Positions 1-8,811 of a stretch of 64,000 nt of DNA are shown in pieces; position 1 is the first letter of the stretch; each line of letters starts with the position of its first letter. Under the pieces are notes generated by a model. It made no database searches, was not told the DNA's origin, and saw only the letters and a list, made by a program, of their open reading frames with translations. The translations under genes and the position numbers were made by a program. This DNA is from a plasmid: sequence record NZ_CP020440.2. One strand, written 5' to 3'.

Positions 1-919
1 CCCCACCCAGGGCGAGACGCTGGACAGCTATGTCGAAACGCTGCGCGGCCGCATCCAGGCGCTGGCCTATGCCCATGACCAGGCCGGGCGGGACGACAGT
101 GGCGGGCTTCTGCGCACACTGGTCCAGGCGGAACTGGCGCCTTATTCCGGCGATCTTTCCCGGATCGGGGTCGAGGGAACGGAAATCGCGCTGGATGCGC
201 GGGCCTTTTCCGTGATGGCGCTGGTGCTGCATGAACTGGCGACCAATGCGGTCAAATACGGGGCGCTGGCCCAGGCCTCGGGGCGGCTTTCCATCACCTG
301 GCACCTGGACGATGCCGGCAACTGCCGGATCGTCTGGCGCGAGACGGGCGTGCCGGACCTGGTCGCGCCGCAGCGCACCGGCTTCGGATCATCCCTTGTC
401 AACGAGGCGGTGCCGTACGACCTGGGCGGGGAAAGCGGGCTCGACTGGCGCCCGGACGGTGTCGAGGCGCGCTTTACCTTGCCCGCGCGCTTCGTGCGGC
501 TTGCGCCGGCGGCTGCCGCGGCCCCCAGGACCGAGGAGCCGCCGCCGCCGGAACCGACCCCGGCCCATGCGCTGGACGGTCGCCGCGTGATGCTGGTCGA
601 GGACCAGATCCTGATCGCCATGTCGCTTGAGGCGGACCTTACGGACTATGGCCTGGTCGTGACCGGCATCGCACCGGATTCCGCGACCGCCTTCGAGATG
701 ATCCGCCGCGACCCGCCCGAACTGGCCGTTCTGGACGTGAACCTGCGCAACGAGGATTCCTTCGGCGTTGCCGCCGCCTTGCAGGATCTGGGCGTGCCCT
801 TTGTCTTTGCAACCGGCTACGGCGGGGATTTCGAACCGCCGCCTCGGTTCGAGGCTGTCCCGGTCGTGGACAAGCCCTATCACATCAGCGACGTGCTGAG
901 CGGCTTGCGGCAGGCCTGA
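1..919 (+). CDS. Hybrid signal-transduction histidine kinase (HWE/HisKA_2 type) with C-terminal receiver domain; 5' end lies outside the window
   Basis: The frame-2 translation is open from the window start (PTQGETLDSYVETLRGRIQALAYAHDQAGRDD...). It contains the HELATNAVKYGAL ATP-binding motif typical of HWE/HisKA_2 kinases. A receiver-like region follows (RRVMLVEDQILIA...LDVNL...ATGYGG). Stop at 919. Confidence 0.8.
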   Translation, partial: PTQGETLDSYVETLRGRIQALAYAHDQAGRDDSGGLLRTLVQAELAPYSGDLSRIGVEGTEIALDARAFSVMALVLHELATNAVKYGALAQASGRLSITWHLDDAGNCRIVWRETGVPDLVAPQRTGFGSSLVNEAVPYDLGGESGLDWRPDGVEARFTLPARFVRLAPAAAAAPRTEEPPPPEPTPAHALDGRRVMLVEDQILIAMSLEADLTDYGLVVTGIAPDSATAFEMIRRDPPELAVLDVNLRNEDSFGVAAALQDLGVPFVFATGYGGDFEPPPRFEAVPVVDKPYHISDVLSGLRQA

Positions 920-1127
920 GGGCACCTCCGCCCGTCAAGCTATCGCAGTGGTAAAGATAGTCTTTGACCTGCTCGCCCCATGCGATACACAGGCGACATT
1001 GCCATCGGGCAATGCGATGACCATCGTGCTCGCGTGGGCTGTTTCCACGCTTGTTCCGACCCTGTTCATCCCTTGACTTTTCGGTGCCCCTCGGGGCGCC
1101 TGCGACCCTGAGTCCTGTGGAGTAAAA

Positions 1128-2225
1128 ATGGCCACCTATTCCCTTTATGTCCTGCCCGCGACGGCATTCACCACCTCGCCGGATGGTTACCAACCTTTTC
1201 AGGACGGCTACATCGCGCCTGATGGCTCGAACTGGCAATATGCGACGGGGACCTTCACCTACGCGCGCGACGCCGCCACCCTGATTACAGTCGATGACAC
1301 CGACGGCCAAGACACGGTTCTGAACGACTATGGCGTCGGTGAAAGCACCCAGCAGCTGGCCGAAGCCGTCGGCGGTTATCCCGCCGGCACGACGGTCGAG
1401 AACGAGTTCGAGATCACGGTGGTGGCCACGGTCGACGGCGTCGAGCGTGAATATCGCCTGGTCGCGCTCAGTGCAAATGGCGCAAGCGGCACCATCGCGG
1501 GCTATACTTTCGACGGCCCCTGGCCACCCGAAGGCACGCTCTTGACCGCGCGCTGGTCCGGCACCCAGGACAGCGACGGTCAGTCGCTGGACAGCGGCAA
1601 CATGTTGGCGCCCTGCTTTACCCGGGGCGTCCGCATCCTGACCGACGCGGGCGAGCGGGCGATCGAGGACCTGCGCGCGGGCGACCTGGTGCTGACCCTC
1701 GACCGTGGCTTGCAGCCGATCCGCTGGATCGGGTCGGCGCGGCTGACTGCGGCTGCGCTGGCGCGCAATCCGGCGATGCGCCCGGTCCGCATCCGCGCCC
1801 ATGCGCTTGGCCGGGGCCTGCCGGCCACCGACCTTGTCGTTTCGCCGCAGCACAGGATCCTGGTCCGTTCGAAGGTGGCGCGCACCATGTTCGGCGCCGA
1901 CGAGGTGCTTGTCGCAGCCAAGCAGCTTTTGCAGATCGACGGCATCGACCTGGCCGATGATCTGCACGAGGTCGAATATTTCCACATGCTGTTCGACCGG
2001 CACGAGGTGGTCGTGTCGAACGGGGCGGAAACCGAGTCGCTTTATCCCGGTCCCGAGGCGCTGCGGTCCGTGGGGCGGGCGGCGCTGGACGAAATCCTGG
2101 CGCTGTTCCCCGAACTGCGCGCGCTGACCCAGGCGCCTGTATCGGCCCGGCTCATGCCCTCGGGACGGCAGTCGCGCAAGCTGGCGGTGCGCCACCTGCA
2201 ACACGGGCGGCCGTTGGTGTCCTGA
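1128..2225 (+). CDS. Hint (Hedgehog/intein-like) domain protein with uncharacterised ~165-aa N-terminal region
   Basis: 365-aa ORF preceded by a GGAG RBS. The C-terminal half begins PCFTRGVRILTDAGERAIEDLRAGDLVLTLDRGLQPIRWIG..., the Hint_2-type module common in Rhodobacteraceae. The N-terminal region (YQPFQDGYIAPDGSNWQYATGTFTY...) has no family I recognise and no obvious signal peptide. Confidence 0.8.
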   Translation: MATYSLYVLPATAFTTSPDGYQPFQDGYIAPDGSNWQYATGTFTYARDAATLITVDDTDGQDTVLNDYGVGESTQQLAEAVGGYPAGTTVENEFEITVVATVDGVEREYRLVALSANGASGTIAGYTFDGPWPPEGTLLTARWSGTQDSDGQSLDSGNMLAPCFTRGVRILTDAGERAIEDLRAGDLVLTLDRGLQPIRWIGSARLTAAALARNPAMRPVRIRAHALGRGLPATDLVVSPQHRILVRSKVARTMFGADEVLVAAKQLLQIDGIDLADDLHEVEYFHMLFDRHEVVVSNGAETESLYPGPEALRSVGRAALDEILALFPELRALTQAPVSARLMPSGRQSRKLAVRHLQHGRPLVS

Positions 2226-2252
2226 CCCGGCGCGCGGCTTCGGAAACGGGAA

Positions 2253-2285
2253 GGGGGCAGGCCAGGCGGCCCGCCCCCTTTTTCG
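2253..2285. terminator. Bidirectional intrinsic terminator between the convergent Hint gene and fba
   Basis: Stem GGGGGC...GCCCGCCCCC (gggggcaggccaggcggcccgccccc) followed by TTTTTCG. Its complement gives an A/T tract for the opposite strand. Confidence 0.6.
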
Positions 2286-2302
2286 TTCTGCCGGCGCCCG
2301 GA

Positions 2303-3349
2303 TCAGGCGGCGTAGCGTTTCGCCATCGCGGCCAGCGGCAGCGGCTTCAGCTTGGAGGCGTTGCCAGCGGTGCCGAAGGCTTCGTAGCGGGCCTTGCAGA
2401 TCTCGGTCATCATCTCCATCGCCGGCTTGAGGTACTTGCGCGGGTCGAACTCGCCCGGCTCCTCGGCAAAGACCTTGCGGATCGCGGCGGTCATCGCCAT
2501 GCGGTTGTCGGTGTCGATGTTGACCTTGCGCACGCCCGACTTGATGCCGCGCTGGATTTCCTCGACCGGGACGCCCCAGGTCGGCTTGATGTCGCCGCCA
2601 TAGCTGTTGATGATCTGCTGCAGGTCCTCGGGGACCGAGCTCGACCCGTGCATCACCAGGTGGGTGTTGGGCAGGCGGCGGTGGATTTCCTCGATCACAT
2701 GCATGGCCAGGATCTCGCCGTCGGGCTTGCGGGTGAACTTGTAGGCGCCGTGGCTGGTGCCCATGGCGATGGCCAGCGCGTCGACGCCGGTGTCCTTGAC
2801 GAAACGCTCGGCCTCGGCGGGGTCGGTCAGCAGCTGGTCCTCGGACAGCTTGCCCTCGGCGCCGTGGCCGTCCTCCTTGTCGCCCATGCCGGTTTCCAGG
2901 CTGCCCAGGACGCCCAGCTCACCCTCGACCGAGACGCCGCAGGCATGGGCCATTTCGACCACCTTGGCGGTGACGCCGGCGTTATAGTCGTAATCCGCCG
3001 GGGTCTTGCCGTCGGATTTCAGCGAGCCGTCCATCATCACGCTGGTAAAGCCGTTCTGGATGGCGGTGGCGCAGGTCGCCAGGCCGTTGCCGTGGTCGAG
3101 ATGCATGCAGATCGGGATTTCGGGATAGGCGCGCGACAGGCCCTCGATCAGCGCCTTCAGCACCAGGTCGTTGGCATAGGCGCGCGCGCCGCGGCTGGCC
3201 TGCAGGATGACCGGGGAATTGGTCGCCTGGGCCGCGGCCATCACCGCGAGACCTTGCTCCATGTTGTTGATGTTGAAGGCCGGGACGGCATAGCCGTTCT
3301 CGGCCGCATGGTCGAGAAGCTGGCGCAGCGTGATCATGGACATGGGCAA
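2303..3349 (-). CDS. fba: Fructose-1,6-bisphosphate aldolase, class II (Calvin-cycle subtype)
   Basis: 348 aa, [32 protein letters not shown]...HLDHG...SVMMDGS; a full-length class II FBA signature. Confidence 0.93.
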   Translation of the reverse strand: MPMSMITLRQLLDHAAENGYAVPAFNINNMEQGLAVMAAAQATNSPVILQASRGARAYANDLVLKALIEGLSRAYPEIPICMHLDHGNGLATCATAIQNGFTSVMMDGSLKSDGKTPADYDYNAGVTAKVVEMAHACGVSVEGELGVLGSLETGMGDKEDGHGAEGKLSEDQLLTDPAEAERFVKDTGVDALAIAMGTSHGAYKFTRKPDGEILAMHVIEEIHRRLPNTHLVMHGSSSVPEDLQQIINSYGGDIKPTWGVPVEEIQRGIKSGVRKVNIDTDNRMAMTAAIRKVFAEEPGEFDPRKYLKPAMEMMTEICKARYEAFGTAGNASKLKPLPLAAMAKRYAA

Positions 3350-4393
3350 TTATCCTTTGCTGGTGGCAAGATAGGCGTGAATGGTGTCGATTTCGTCGCG
3401 CGCGCCGAAATACAGCGGCGTCATGGCGTGCAGGCTGCCGGGCCGGCGGTCCAGGATCGGCCCCTGGCCGTCGGTCGCAAGCCCGCCGGCCTGTTCGATC
3501 AGGAAGGCGATGGGCGCGGCCTCATAGACCAGCCGCAGCCGGCCGTCGCCGTAGCCCGGGCGGCGGTCGTCGGGATACAGAAAGACGCCGCCCTTCAGCA
3601 GGATGCGGTGCAACTCGCCCACGGCGGCGGCCAACCAGCGCATGTTGAAGTCGCGCCCGCGCGGACCCTCGGACCCGGCCCGCAGGTCGCGCGCCCAGGC
3701 CTGCAGGCCGGGCGCCCAGTGGCGTTCATTCGAGGCGTTATAGGCGATGGTCGACGCGGCGGGCTTCAGCGCGACGGCTTCGCGCGTCACGCGGAAGATC
3801 CCGGCCTCGGCGTCATGGGTGGCGACATGGGTGCCCTGGCCCAGCGTCCAGCCGAAATCCAGCGAATGGCCAAAGCTGGCGTATCCGGCCCCGACCAGCG
3901 CCCGGCCGGGCCGCAGGAACCCTTCGGGCGCGGCGGGCAGGATCGAATAGAGCATCCCCAGCGGCGCCCCGATGCCGATGCTGCCCGAGCCATCGATGGG
4001 GTCGATCGCCACGTCATAGGCCGCGCCGGGGTTCAACTCGATCACCGCCTCGGCCTCTTCGGACAGGACGCGGCCGACGCCGGCGCGGGCCAGGGCGTCC
4101 AGCATGTGGTGATGGGCGGCCAGGTCCAGCGCCTTCTGCCGGTCGCCGCTGTCGTTGGTGCCCACGACCGCCTCGGGGTCGCCGTGCAGCCGTCCAGCGG
4201 CCAAGCGCGCGGCCAGGGGCGGCAGAGCCTGGGCAATCGCCAGGGTGATGGCGGCGGGGCCGTCGCCCGCCAGCGCCTCGGGCAGGGGGCGTCCGGTCGC
4301 GGCGCAGTCGCCCGGCAGTCGCAGCATGGCGGCCGGATCGGTCCCGGGGCGGGCCGGGCCGGGGCCTAAGTTGCCTGACTGTGCCAACGTCAT
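3350..4393 (-). CDS. fbp: Fructose-1,6-bisphosphatase class 1
   Basis: Start set at MTLAQSGNLG within the longer ORF 3350..4549. Carries DPIDGSGSIGIGAPLGMLYSIL and the C-terminal GGVFLYPDD...YEAAPIAFLIEQAGG FBPase motifs. The stop is directly adjacent to the fba start, which suggests an operon. Confidence 0.88.
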   Translation of the reverse strand: MTLAQSGNLGPGPARPGTDPAAMLRLPGDCAATGRPLPEALAGDGPAAITLAIAQALPPLAARLAAGRLHGDPEAVVGTNDSGDRQKALDLAAHHHMLDALARAGVGRVLSEEAEAVIELNPGAAYDVAIDPIDGSGSIGIGAPLGMLYSILPAAPEGFLRPGRALVGAGYASFGHSLDFGWTLGQGTHVATHDAEAGIFRVTREAVALKPAASTIAYNASNERHWAPGLQAWARDLRAGSEGPRGRDFNMRWLAAAVGELHRILLKGGVFLYPDDRRPGYGDGRLRLVYEAAPIAFLIEQAGGLATDGQGPILDRRPGSLHAMTPLYFGARDEIDTIHAYLATSKG

Positions 4394-4554
4394 CAACGGA
4401 TCCTGTCGAAACCTTGCAGGGGCGCCGCCGTCACCGGCGGCGGCCCCCCTCTGCCATGCCGCGCGCCGGATGAGAAGCCCTTGATTGCGACAGGGTCCAT
4501 CCGGCGGCATCATGGGGCGGTTTCCCCGGGAAAACAGCCCCGGCGGCACCCCGC

Positions 4555-5880
4555 TCAGACGTGCCTGGGTTCGGGCAGCGGGACCTCGGGTTCGGCGTCC
4601 AGCAGGTCGAAGCCGTCCGGTTCTTCTCCGTTCAGGATGCGGCGGGCGCGGTCGCGGTCGATGTCGCCGACCCAGGCCGCGACCACGACGGTCGCCACGC
4701 AGTTGCCGATATAGTTGCCGACGGCCCGGGCGATGCCCATGAACCAGTCGACCGACAGGACCAGCACCAGCCCGATGGCGGGGATTGCCGGGATCGCGGC
4801 CAGCGTGGCGGCCAGGATAACGATGGCCGAGCCGGGCACCCCATGCGCGCCTTTCGAGGTGATCAGCGCCACGCCCAGGATGGTCAGCAGATCCACGGTC
4901 GACAGGGGCGTGTTCGTGGCCTGCGCGATGAACACCGCGGCAAGCGTCAGATAGATCGAGAAAGCGTCGAGGTTGAAGCTGTAACCCGTTGGCACGACAA
5001 GGCCCACGGTCGATCCCTTGATGCCCAGCCGCTCGAGCTTGCGCATGGTCTGGGGCAGGACCGAGTCGCTGGACGCGGTGCCCGCCACGATGCCCAGCTC
5101 GGTGCGCAGATAGCGCAGCAGCTTGACGATGCTGAACCCGGCCAGACGCATGACGGTGCCCAGGACGACGAAGACGAAGATCGCGATGGTGACATAGAAC
5201 AGCGCCACCAGATACCCCAACTGCGCCAGCGAGCCGATGCCGTATTTGCCGACGGTGAAGGCGATGGCGCCGAAGACGCCCAAGGGCGCCAGCCGGACGA
5301 TGAAGGACATGATCTTGAACGTGACCTCTCCGGTCAGTTCGATCATGTGCAACAGCGGCTTGCCGCGTTCGCCGATCAGCGACAGCGCGCAGCCGAACAG
5401 GACCGCGACCACCAGCACCTGCAGCACGTCGCCCTGCGCAAAGCCGCTGACCATGGTGGCCGGGATCAGCTTCATCAGGAAATCGACGGTGCCGCCGCTG
5501 CTGACTTCATGCGCGCGGTCCACATAGGTCGACAGCGCCGAGGCGTCCAGCTGGCTGGGGTCCACGTTCATGCCGTGGCCGGGGCCGAACAGATAGGCCA
5601 GCAGGATGCCAAGCGCCAGGGCGATGGTGGTGATGACCTCGAAATACACGATGGCGCGGACGCCGACGCGGCCCACCTTCTTCAGGTCGCCCGCCCCGGC
5701 GATGCCGTGGACGACGACGCAAAAGACGATGACCGGGATCAGCATCTTGACCAGCTTGATGAAGGCATCGCCCAGCGGCTTCATCTTGGCGGCGAATTCG
5801 GGGGCGAAGAAGCCCGCCGCGACCCCAAGCACCAGCGCGATGCAGACCTGCCCGAATAGGGACCGTGACCAGCCTGGCAT
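4555..5880 (-). CDS. dctA: C4-dicarboxylate transporter (dicarboxylate/amino acid:cation symporter family)
   Basis: 441 aa multi-TM protein with DctA-like sequence throughout (FIKLVKMLIPVIVFCVVVHGIAG..., SFNLDAFSIYLTLAAVFIAQATN...). Confidence 0.88.
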   Translation of the reverse strand: MPGWSRSLFGQVCIALVLGVAAGFFAPEFAAKMKPLGDAFIKLVKMLIPVIVFCVVVHGIAGAGDLKKVGRVGVRAIVYFEVITTIALALGILLAYLFGPGHGMNVDPSQLDASALSTYVDRAHEVSSGGTVDFLMKLIPATMVSGFAQGDVLQVLVVAVLFGCALSLIGERGKPLLHMIELTGEVTFKIMSFIVRLAPLGVFGAIAFTVGKYGIGSLAQLGYLVALFYVTIAIFVFVVLGTVMRLAGFSIVKLLRYLRTELGIVAGTASSDSVLPQTMRKLERLGIKGSTVGLVVPTGYSFNLDAFSIYLTLAAVFIAQATNTPLSTVDLLTILGVALITSKGAHGVPGSAIVILAATLAAIPAIPAIGLVLVLSVDWFMGIARAVGNYIGNCVATVVVAAWVGDIDRDRARRILNGEEPDGFDLLDAEPEVPLPEPRHV

Positions 5881-6027
5881 TCATTCTCTCCCTGCAAGGC
5901 AGAAGGGGGCGGCGGATGCCGGTTGCATCGCTTGTCCTGCGCACCCCTCCCGGACTGTCGTGGATAGTTGGTAAAAAGCCTCATTCATGTCTAATATTGA
6001 TTTGGCATTGATCCATAGGGCCACCGT

Positions 6028-6930
6028 ATGCGCATTCGTCAGCTGCACTGTTTCGTGGCCCTGGCCGAGGAGCTGAGCTTTACCCGCGCCGCGCAGCGGC
6101 TGAACATGTCCCAGCCGCCCCTGAGCACGCAGATTCAGACACTTGAGCGCGAGGTCGGGGTGGACCTGCTAAGCCGCACCAGCCGTCGCGTGGCGCTGAC
6201 GCCGGCGGGGCAGGCGTTTCTGCTGCGGGCGCGCAACATGCTGGACCAATACGACCGCGCCCTGCAGGAGGTGCGCGAAATTCAGCATGGCCAGGACGGG
6301 CTGCTGGAAATCGGTGCAACGGGCTCGATCCTGCGGGGCGGGCTGGCGGGTCTGCTGGCGCGTTTCGCGGCCCGACACCCCCGAATCACCCTGCGGCTGC
6401 ACGAACAGTCGCCCTCGGCGCAGATCGCCGAAGTGCTGAGCCGGCGCACCGATGTCAGCTTCAACCGCTCGATCCCGCGCGAGCCCGAATTGGCCCACGA
6501 ATACGGCTGGCGCGAGGAAATGGTGGCGCTGTTGCCCGCATCCCATCCGCTTGCCGGACGGCCCGCGGTGTCCATCGACGACCTGCGCGCCGATCCCCAT
6601 GTGGTGCTGCGGCCCGAAAGCTCGGACTTCGCGGCTTATCTGATGGCCTGCCTGATGGCCCGGGGCCACCGGCCGCGCATCTCGCAGCAGGTGGTGGACG
6701 CGCAGTCGATTCCCAGCCTGATCGAGGCGGGTTTTGGCGTCAGCATCGTTCCGGCGGCCATCGCCACGTTGACGGCGGGACCGCTGGTCTTTCTGCCGAT
6801 CCGGCCCGATCCGCCGGTCAGCGACGTCTTCATGGTCTATCGCCGGGACGATCCGGCTCCGGTCCTGCGCAGCTTTCTGGCCGAGATGCGCGCTTTTCTG
6901 GACGAAAAGCCGGCCGCCTCTGCCGGATAG
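6028..6930 (+). CDS. LysR-family transcriptional regulator, divergent from dctA
   Basis: N-terminal HTH (MRIRQLHCFVALAEELSFTRAAQRLNMSQPPLSTQIQTLERE) plus a LysR substrate-binding domain; 300 aa. Confidence 0.9.
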   Translation: MRIRQLHCFVALAEELSFTRAAQRLNMSQPPLSTQIQTLEREVGVDLLSRTSRRVALTPAGQAFLLRARNMLDQYDRALQEVREIQHGQDGLLEIGATGSILRGGLAGLLARFAARHPRITLRLHEQSPSAQIAEVLSRRTDVSFNRSIPREPELAHEYGWREEMVALLPASHPLAGRPAVSIDDLRADPHVVLRPESSDFAAYLMACLMARGHRPRISQQVVDAQSIPSLIEAGFGVSIVPAAIATLTAGPLVFLPIRPDPPVSDVFMVYRRDDPAPVLRSFLAEMRAFLDEKPAASAG

Positions 6931-6999
6931 GGGCGGTTTCCTTTTTCGGCGCGGGGTGGTCTGCGCTATGCTGGGGCTGGGACGGACGGAGATGCCCCG

Positions 7000-8121
7000 A
7001 TGCAGCGGATCGTCGAAACCTTCCGGTCGCGTGCCTTTGTCGCCATGATCGGCGAGACCCCGTGGGACCATGCGCTGGCCGTGCTGGCCTCCGGCCTGCC
7101 TGGCGCAGGCGTGGCGATGTTCGTCCAGTTCCGGGGCGGGCCGACCGACGCGGGGCTTTATCTGCACGGGATCGACCGAGCGGTGGCGGACCTGTACCTG
7201 CGCGACTATGCCGCCATCAATCCGCTCTGGCCCAAGGATTACCGCTGCGATGTCGGCCGCGCCCGCGCCGATTTCGAGTCGGTGCCCCGCCCGGTGCTGG
7301 AGCGGTCGGCCTATTACCAGGACTTTGCCCGCCCGCACGGGATCCTGGGCACCTCGGGCATGGTCATCAGCGCTCAGCCGCAAGAGGCGGCGGTCATCAC
7401 CCTGAACATGGACAGCACCAGCCCCGATGTGGCGCTGCTGGCCCGGGCCCGGCTGACGGCGGTCTGGCCGATGCTGGCCGCGATGGCGCGCTATTACCGT
7501 GCCCTGGGGTCGCGTCCGCCCGGGGGCGAGGCGGCCTCGGCCCATCTGGCGGCGCTGGGGCTGGACATGGCGCTGGTCGGGCAGGACGGCCGGCTGCGCC
7601 ACGCGACGGCGCCCGAGCCCGCGCCGGGGGCGATGCGGATCGTCGCGGGCCGGCTGGTGCTGGCCGACCCCGAGGCGCAGAACCTGATGCGGCTGATGCT
7701 GCGATCCGATTACGCGGGCCCCCAACGCCGGGTCGTGCAGACCGGGCAGGAGCTGATGTCGCTGGTGCGCCATGGCGCCGACCCGATGACGCGGCTGTTC
7801 GCGGGGCCGACCGTTTCCGTCACGGTGGACCGCAGCCGCACGGGGCGCAGCCCGGCCGGCTGCGATGCGCTGCTGGCCCGCCACGCCCTGACCCCGGCCG
7901 AGCGGCGCGTCGTGAGCGCGATCCTGGCGGGGCACAGCGTGTCCGATATCGCCCAGGGCGCGGGCCTGTCGCGCGAAACCATCCGCAGCCAGCTGAAAAG
8001 CATCTATGCCAAGACCGGCGTGAACACACAGGCGGGGCTGGTGCGGCTGCTTGGGTCTTTGTCGGAAATCACCCAACCGGGTGATGACAGGTCCCCGCGG
8101 CCCGCAGATGATACGGGGTGA
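7000..8121 (+). CDS. LuxR-type solo transcriptional regulator with an uncharacterised ~300-aa N-terminal domain
   Basis: C-terminal LuxR/FixJ-type HTH (LTPAERRVVSAILAGHSVSDIAQGAGLSRETIRSQLKSIYAKTGVNTQAGLVRLLG). GGAG RBS 9 nt upstream of the ATG. The N-terminal region is neither receiver-like nor obviously autoinducer-binding. Confidence 0.75.
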   Translation: MQRIVETFRSRAFVAMIGETPWDHALAVLASGLPGAGVAMFVQFRGGPTDAGLYLHGIDRAVADLYLRDYAAINPLWPKDYRCDVGRARADFESVPRPVLERSAYYQDFARPHGILGTSGMVISAQPQEAAVITLNMDSTSPDVALLARARLTAVWPMLAAMARYYRALGSRPPGGEAASAHLAALGLDMALVGQDGRLRHATAPEPAPGAMRIVAGRLVLADPEAQNLMRLMLRSDYAGPQRRVVQTGQELMSLVRHGADPMTRLFAGPTVSVTVDRSRTGRSPAGCDALLARHALTPAERRVVSAILAGHSVSDIAQGAGLSRETIRSQLKSIYAKTGVNTQAGLVRLLGSLSEITQPGDDRSPRPADDTG

Positions 8122-8274
8122 GAGTGAACGGCCTCTCGCGTGGTTAGTAGCCTTGTTGCAGTGAACGGATAGTCTTCCCCCGGCCGTCTGCGCGCCCTTG
8201 GCTTTCCTGGGGCCAAGGCGCAGCGGACTTGGCGGCGGCGGCCCCAGGGCTGCCGCCCCGGCTGGCTTAAGGGC

Positions 8275-8312
8275 GATGGCGTTTGGCCGCCGTCGCCTGT
8301 TTTCTTTTCCAT
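8275..8312 (+). terminator. Candidate intrinsic terminator or structured element in the LuxR-to-small-ORF intergenic region
   Basis: ggcgatggcg tttggcc gccgtcgcc is an imperfect stem followed by tgttttcttttcc. Confidence 0.4.
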
Positions 8313-8457
8313 CGCGGTAATCCGACAGAAACGATTAGGGGTCGGGCCATAAAAGCCGACTACTTCCGTGTGAATATGCCTGCGGAATTCCCAGAAAAAA
8401 TATCAGGCATCAAAGCCCAAGAAAATAAATCAACTATTTGTTTTTATTGAATCTTTG

Positions 8458-8486
8458 TTGACACTGCCGGAATGAGGATTTATCTG
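8458..8486 (+). promoter_or_regulatory. Sigma70-like promoter candidate (TTGACA-N17-TATCTG) inside an AT-rich island
   Basis: A perfect TTGACA hexamer at about 8458-8463, 17 bp upstream of TATCTG. It sits in a roughly 140-bp AT-rich stretch (8330-8470), which is anomalous for this GC-rich sequence, and lies about 75 nt upstream of the RBS/ATG at 8562. Confidence 0.45.
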
Positions 8487-8561
8487 CGGGTCCGGGTAAG
8501 CCAGCCAGCGCCACGCCAGCCAGCCGCCCATTCGGACAGTCAGCCAGACAGGAGAAAACAG

Positions 8562-8759
8562 ATGACCCATTCCGCATGCAATGCCTGCGCATTCTATGAG
8601 GATCACGTCGCGAACTCTGCCAGCACGCTGTCGGATTCAGGTCTTTGCCGGGCCAATCCGCCGGTGACGCAGAAGGACCCGGAAAGCCGTGGATACTGGC
8701 CGGTGGTCAAGTCCAGCGACTGGTGCGGGCAATACACCGCCGCCTTCGCGGCCGAGTGA
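8562..8759 (+). CDS. Orphan small Cys-rich protein (65 aa) of unknown function
   Basis: ATG at 8562 with a GGAGA RBS 8 nt upstream. Translation [65 protein letters not shown] has four Cys (CxxC plus two more). A strong terminator lies immediately downstream. The longer ORF from 8472 has an N-terminus that looks like translated noncoding DNA. Confidence 0.45.
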   Translation: MTHSACNACAFYEDHVANSASTLSDSGLCRANPPVTQKDPESRGYWPVVKSSDWCGQYTAAFAAE

Positions 8760-8787
8760 TCGCGGCACTGATGCCGGCACGGATGCA

Positions 8788-8811
8788 GGGCAGCCTTCGG
8801 GCTGCCTTTTG
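8788..8811 (+). terminator. Intrinsic terminator downstream of the small Cys-rich ORF
   Basis: GGCAGCC-TTCG-GGCTGCC perfect stem with a tetraloop, followed by TTTTGCATT; about 30 nt after the stop codon. Confidence 0.7.

Noticed and set aside
920-1127. Hairpin GCCCC-TC-GGGGC and a 66-aa minus-strand ORF in the kinase/Hint intergenic region
   Set aside because: The hairpin lacks a following T-tract and lies in the Hint gene leader. The small ORF has no RBS and a noncoding-like composition.
2648-4369. 573-aa plus-strand ORF across fba and fbp
   Set aside because: Antisense artefact; the minus strand encodes clear aldolase and FBPase.
2303-4393. Possibility that fbp and fba belong to a Calvin-cycle (cbb) operon
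   Set aside because: No RuBisCO, phosphoribulokinase or CbbR gene is adjacent. The upstream neighbour is dctA, so a gluconeogenic role is more parsimonious.
6169-8076. 635-aa minus-strand ORF antisense to the LysR and LuxR-type genes
   Set aside because: The composition is extremely Arg/Gly/Pro/Ala-rich, typical of antisense frames in high-GC DNA. It overlaps two well-supported plus-strand genes and has no recognisable domains.
8472-8561. Upstream ATG (8472) extending the small Cys-rich ORF to 95 aa
   Set aside because: That ATG lies inside the putative promoter. The extra 30 residues ([20 protein letters not shown]...) look like translated noncoding sequence. The ATG at 8562 has a proper GGAGA RBS.
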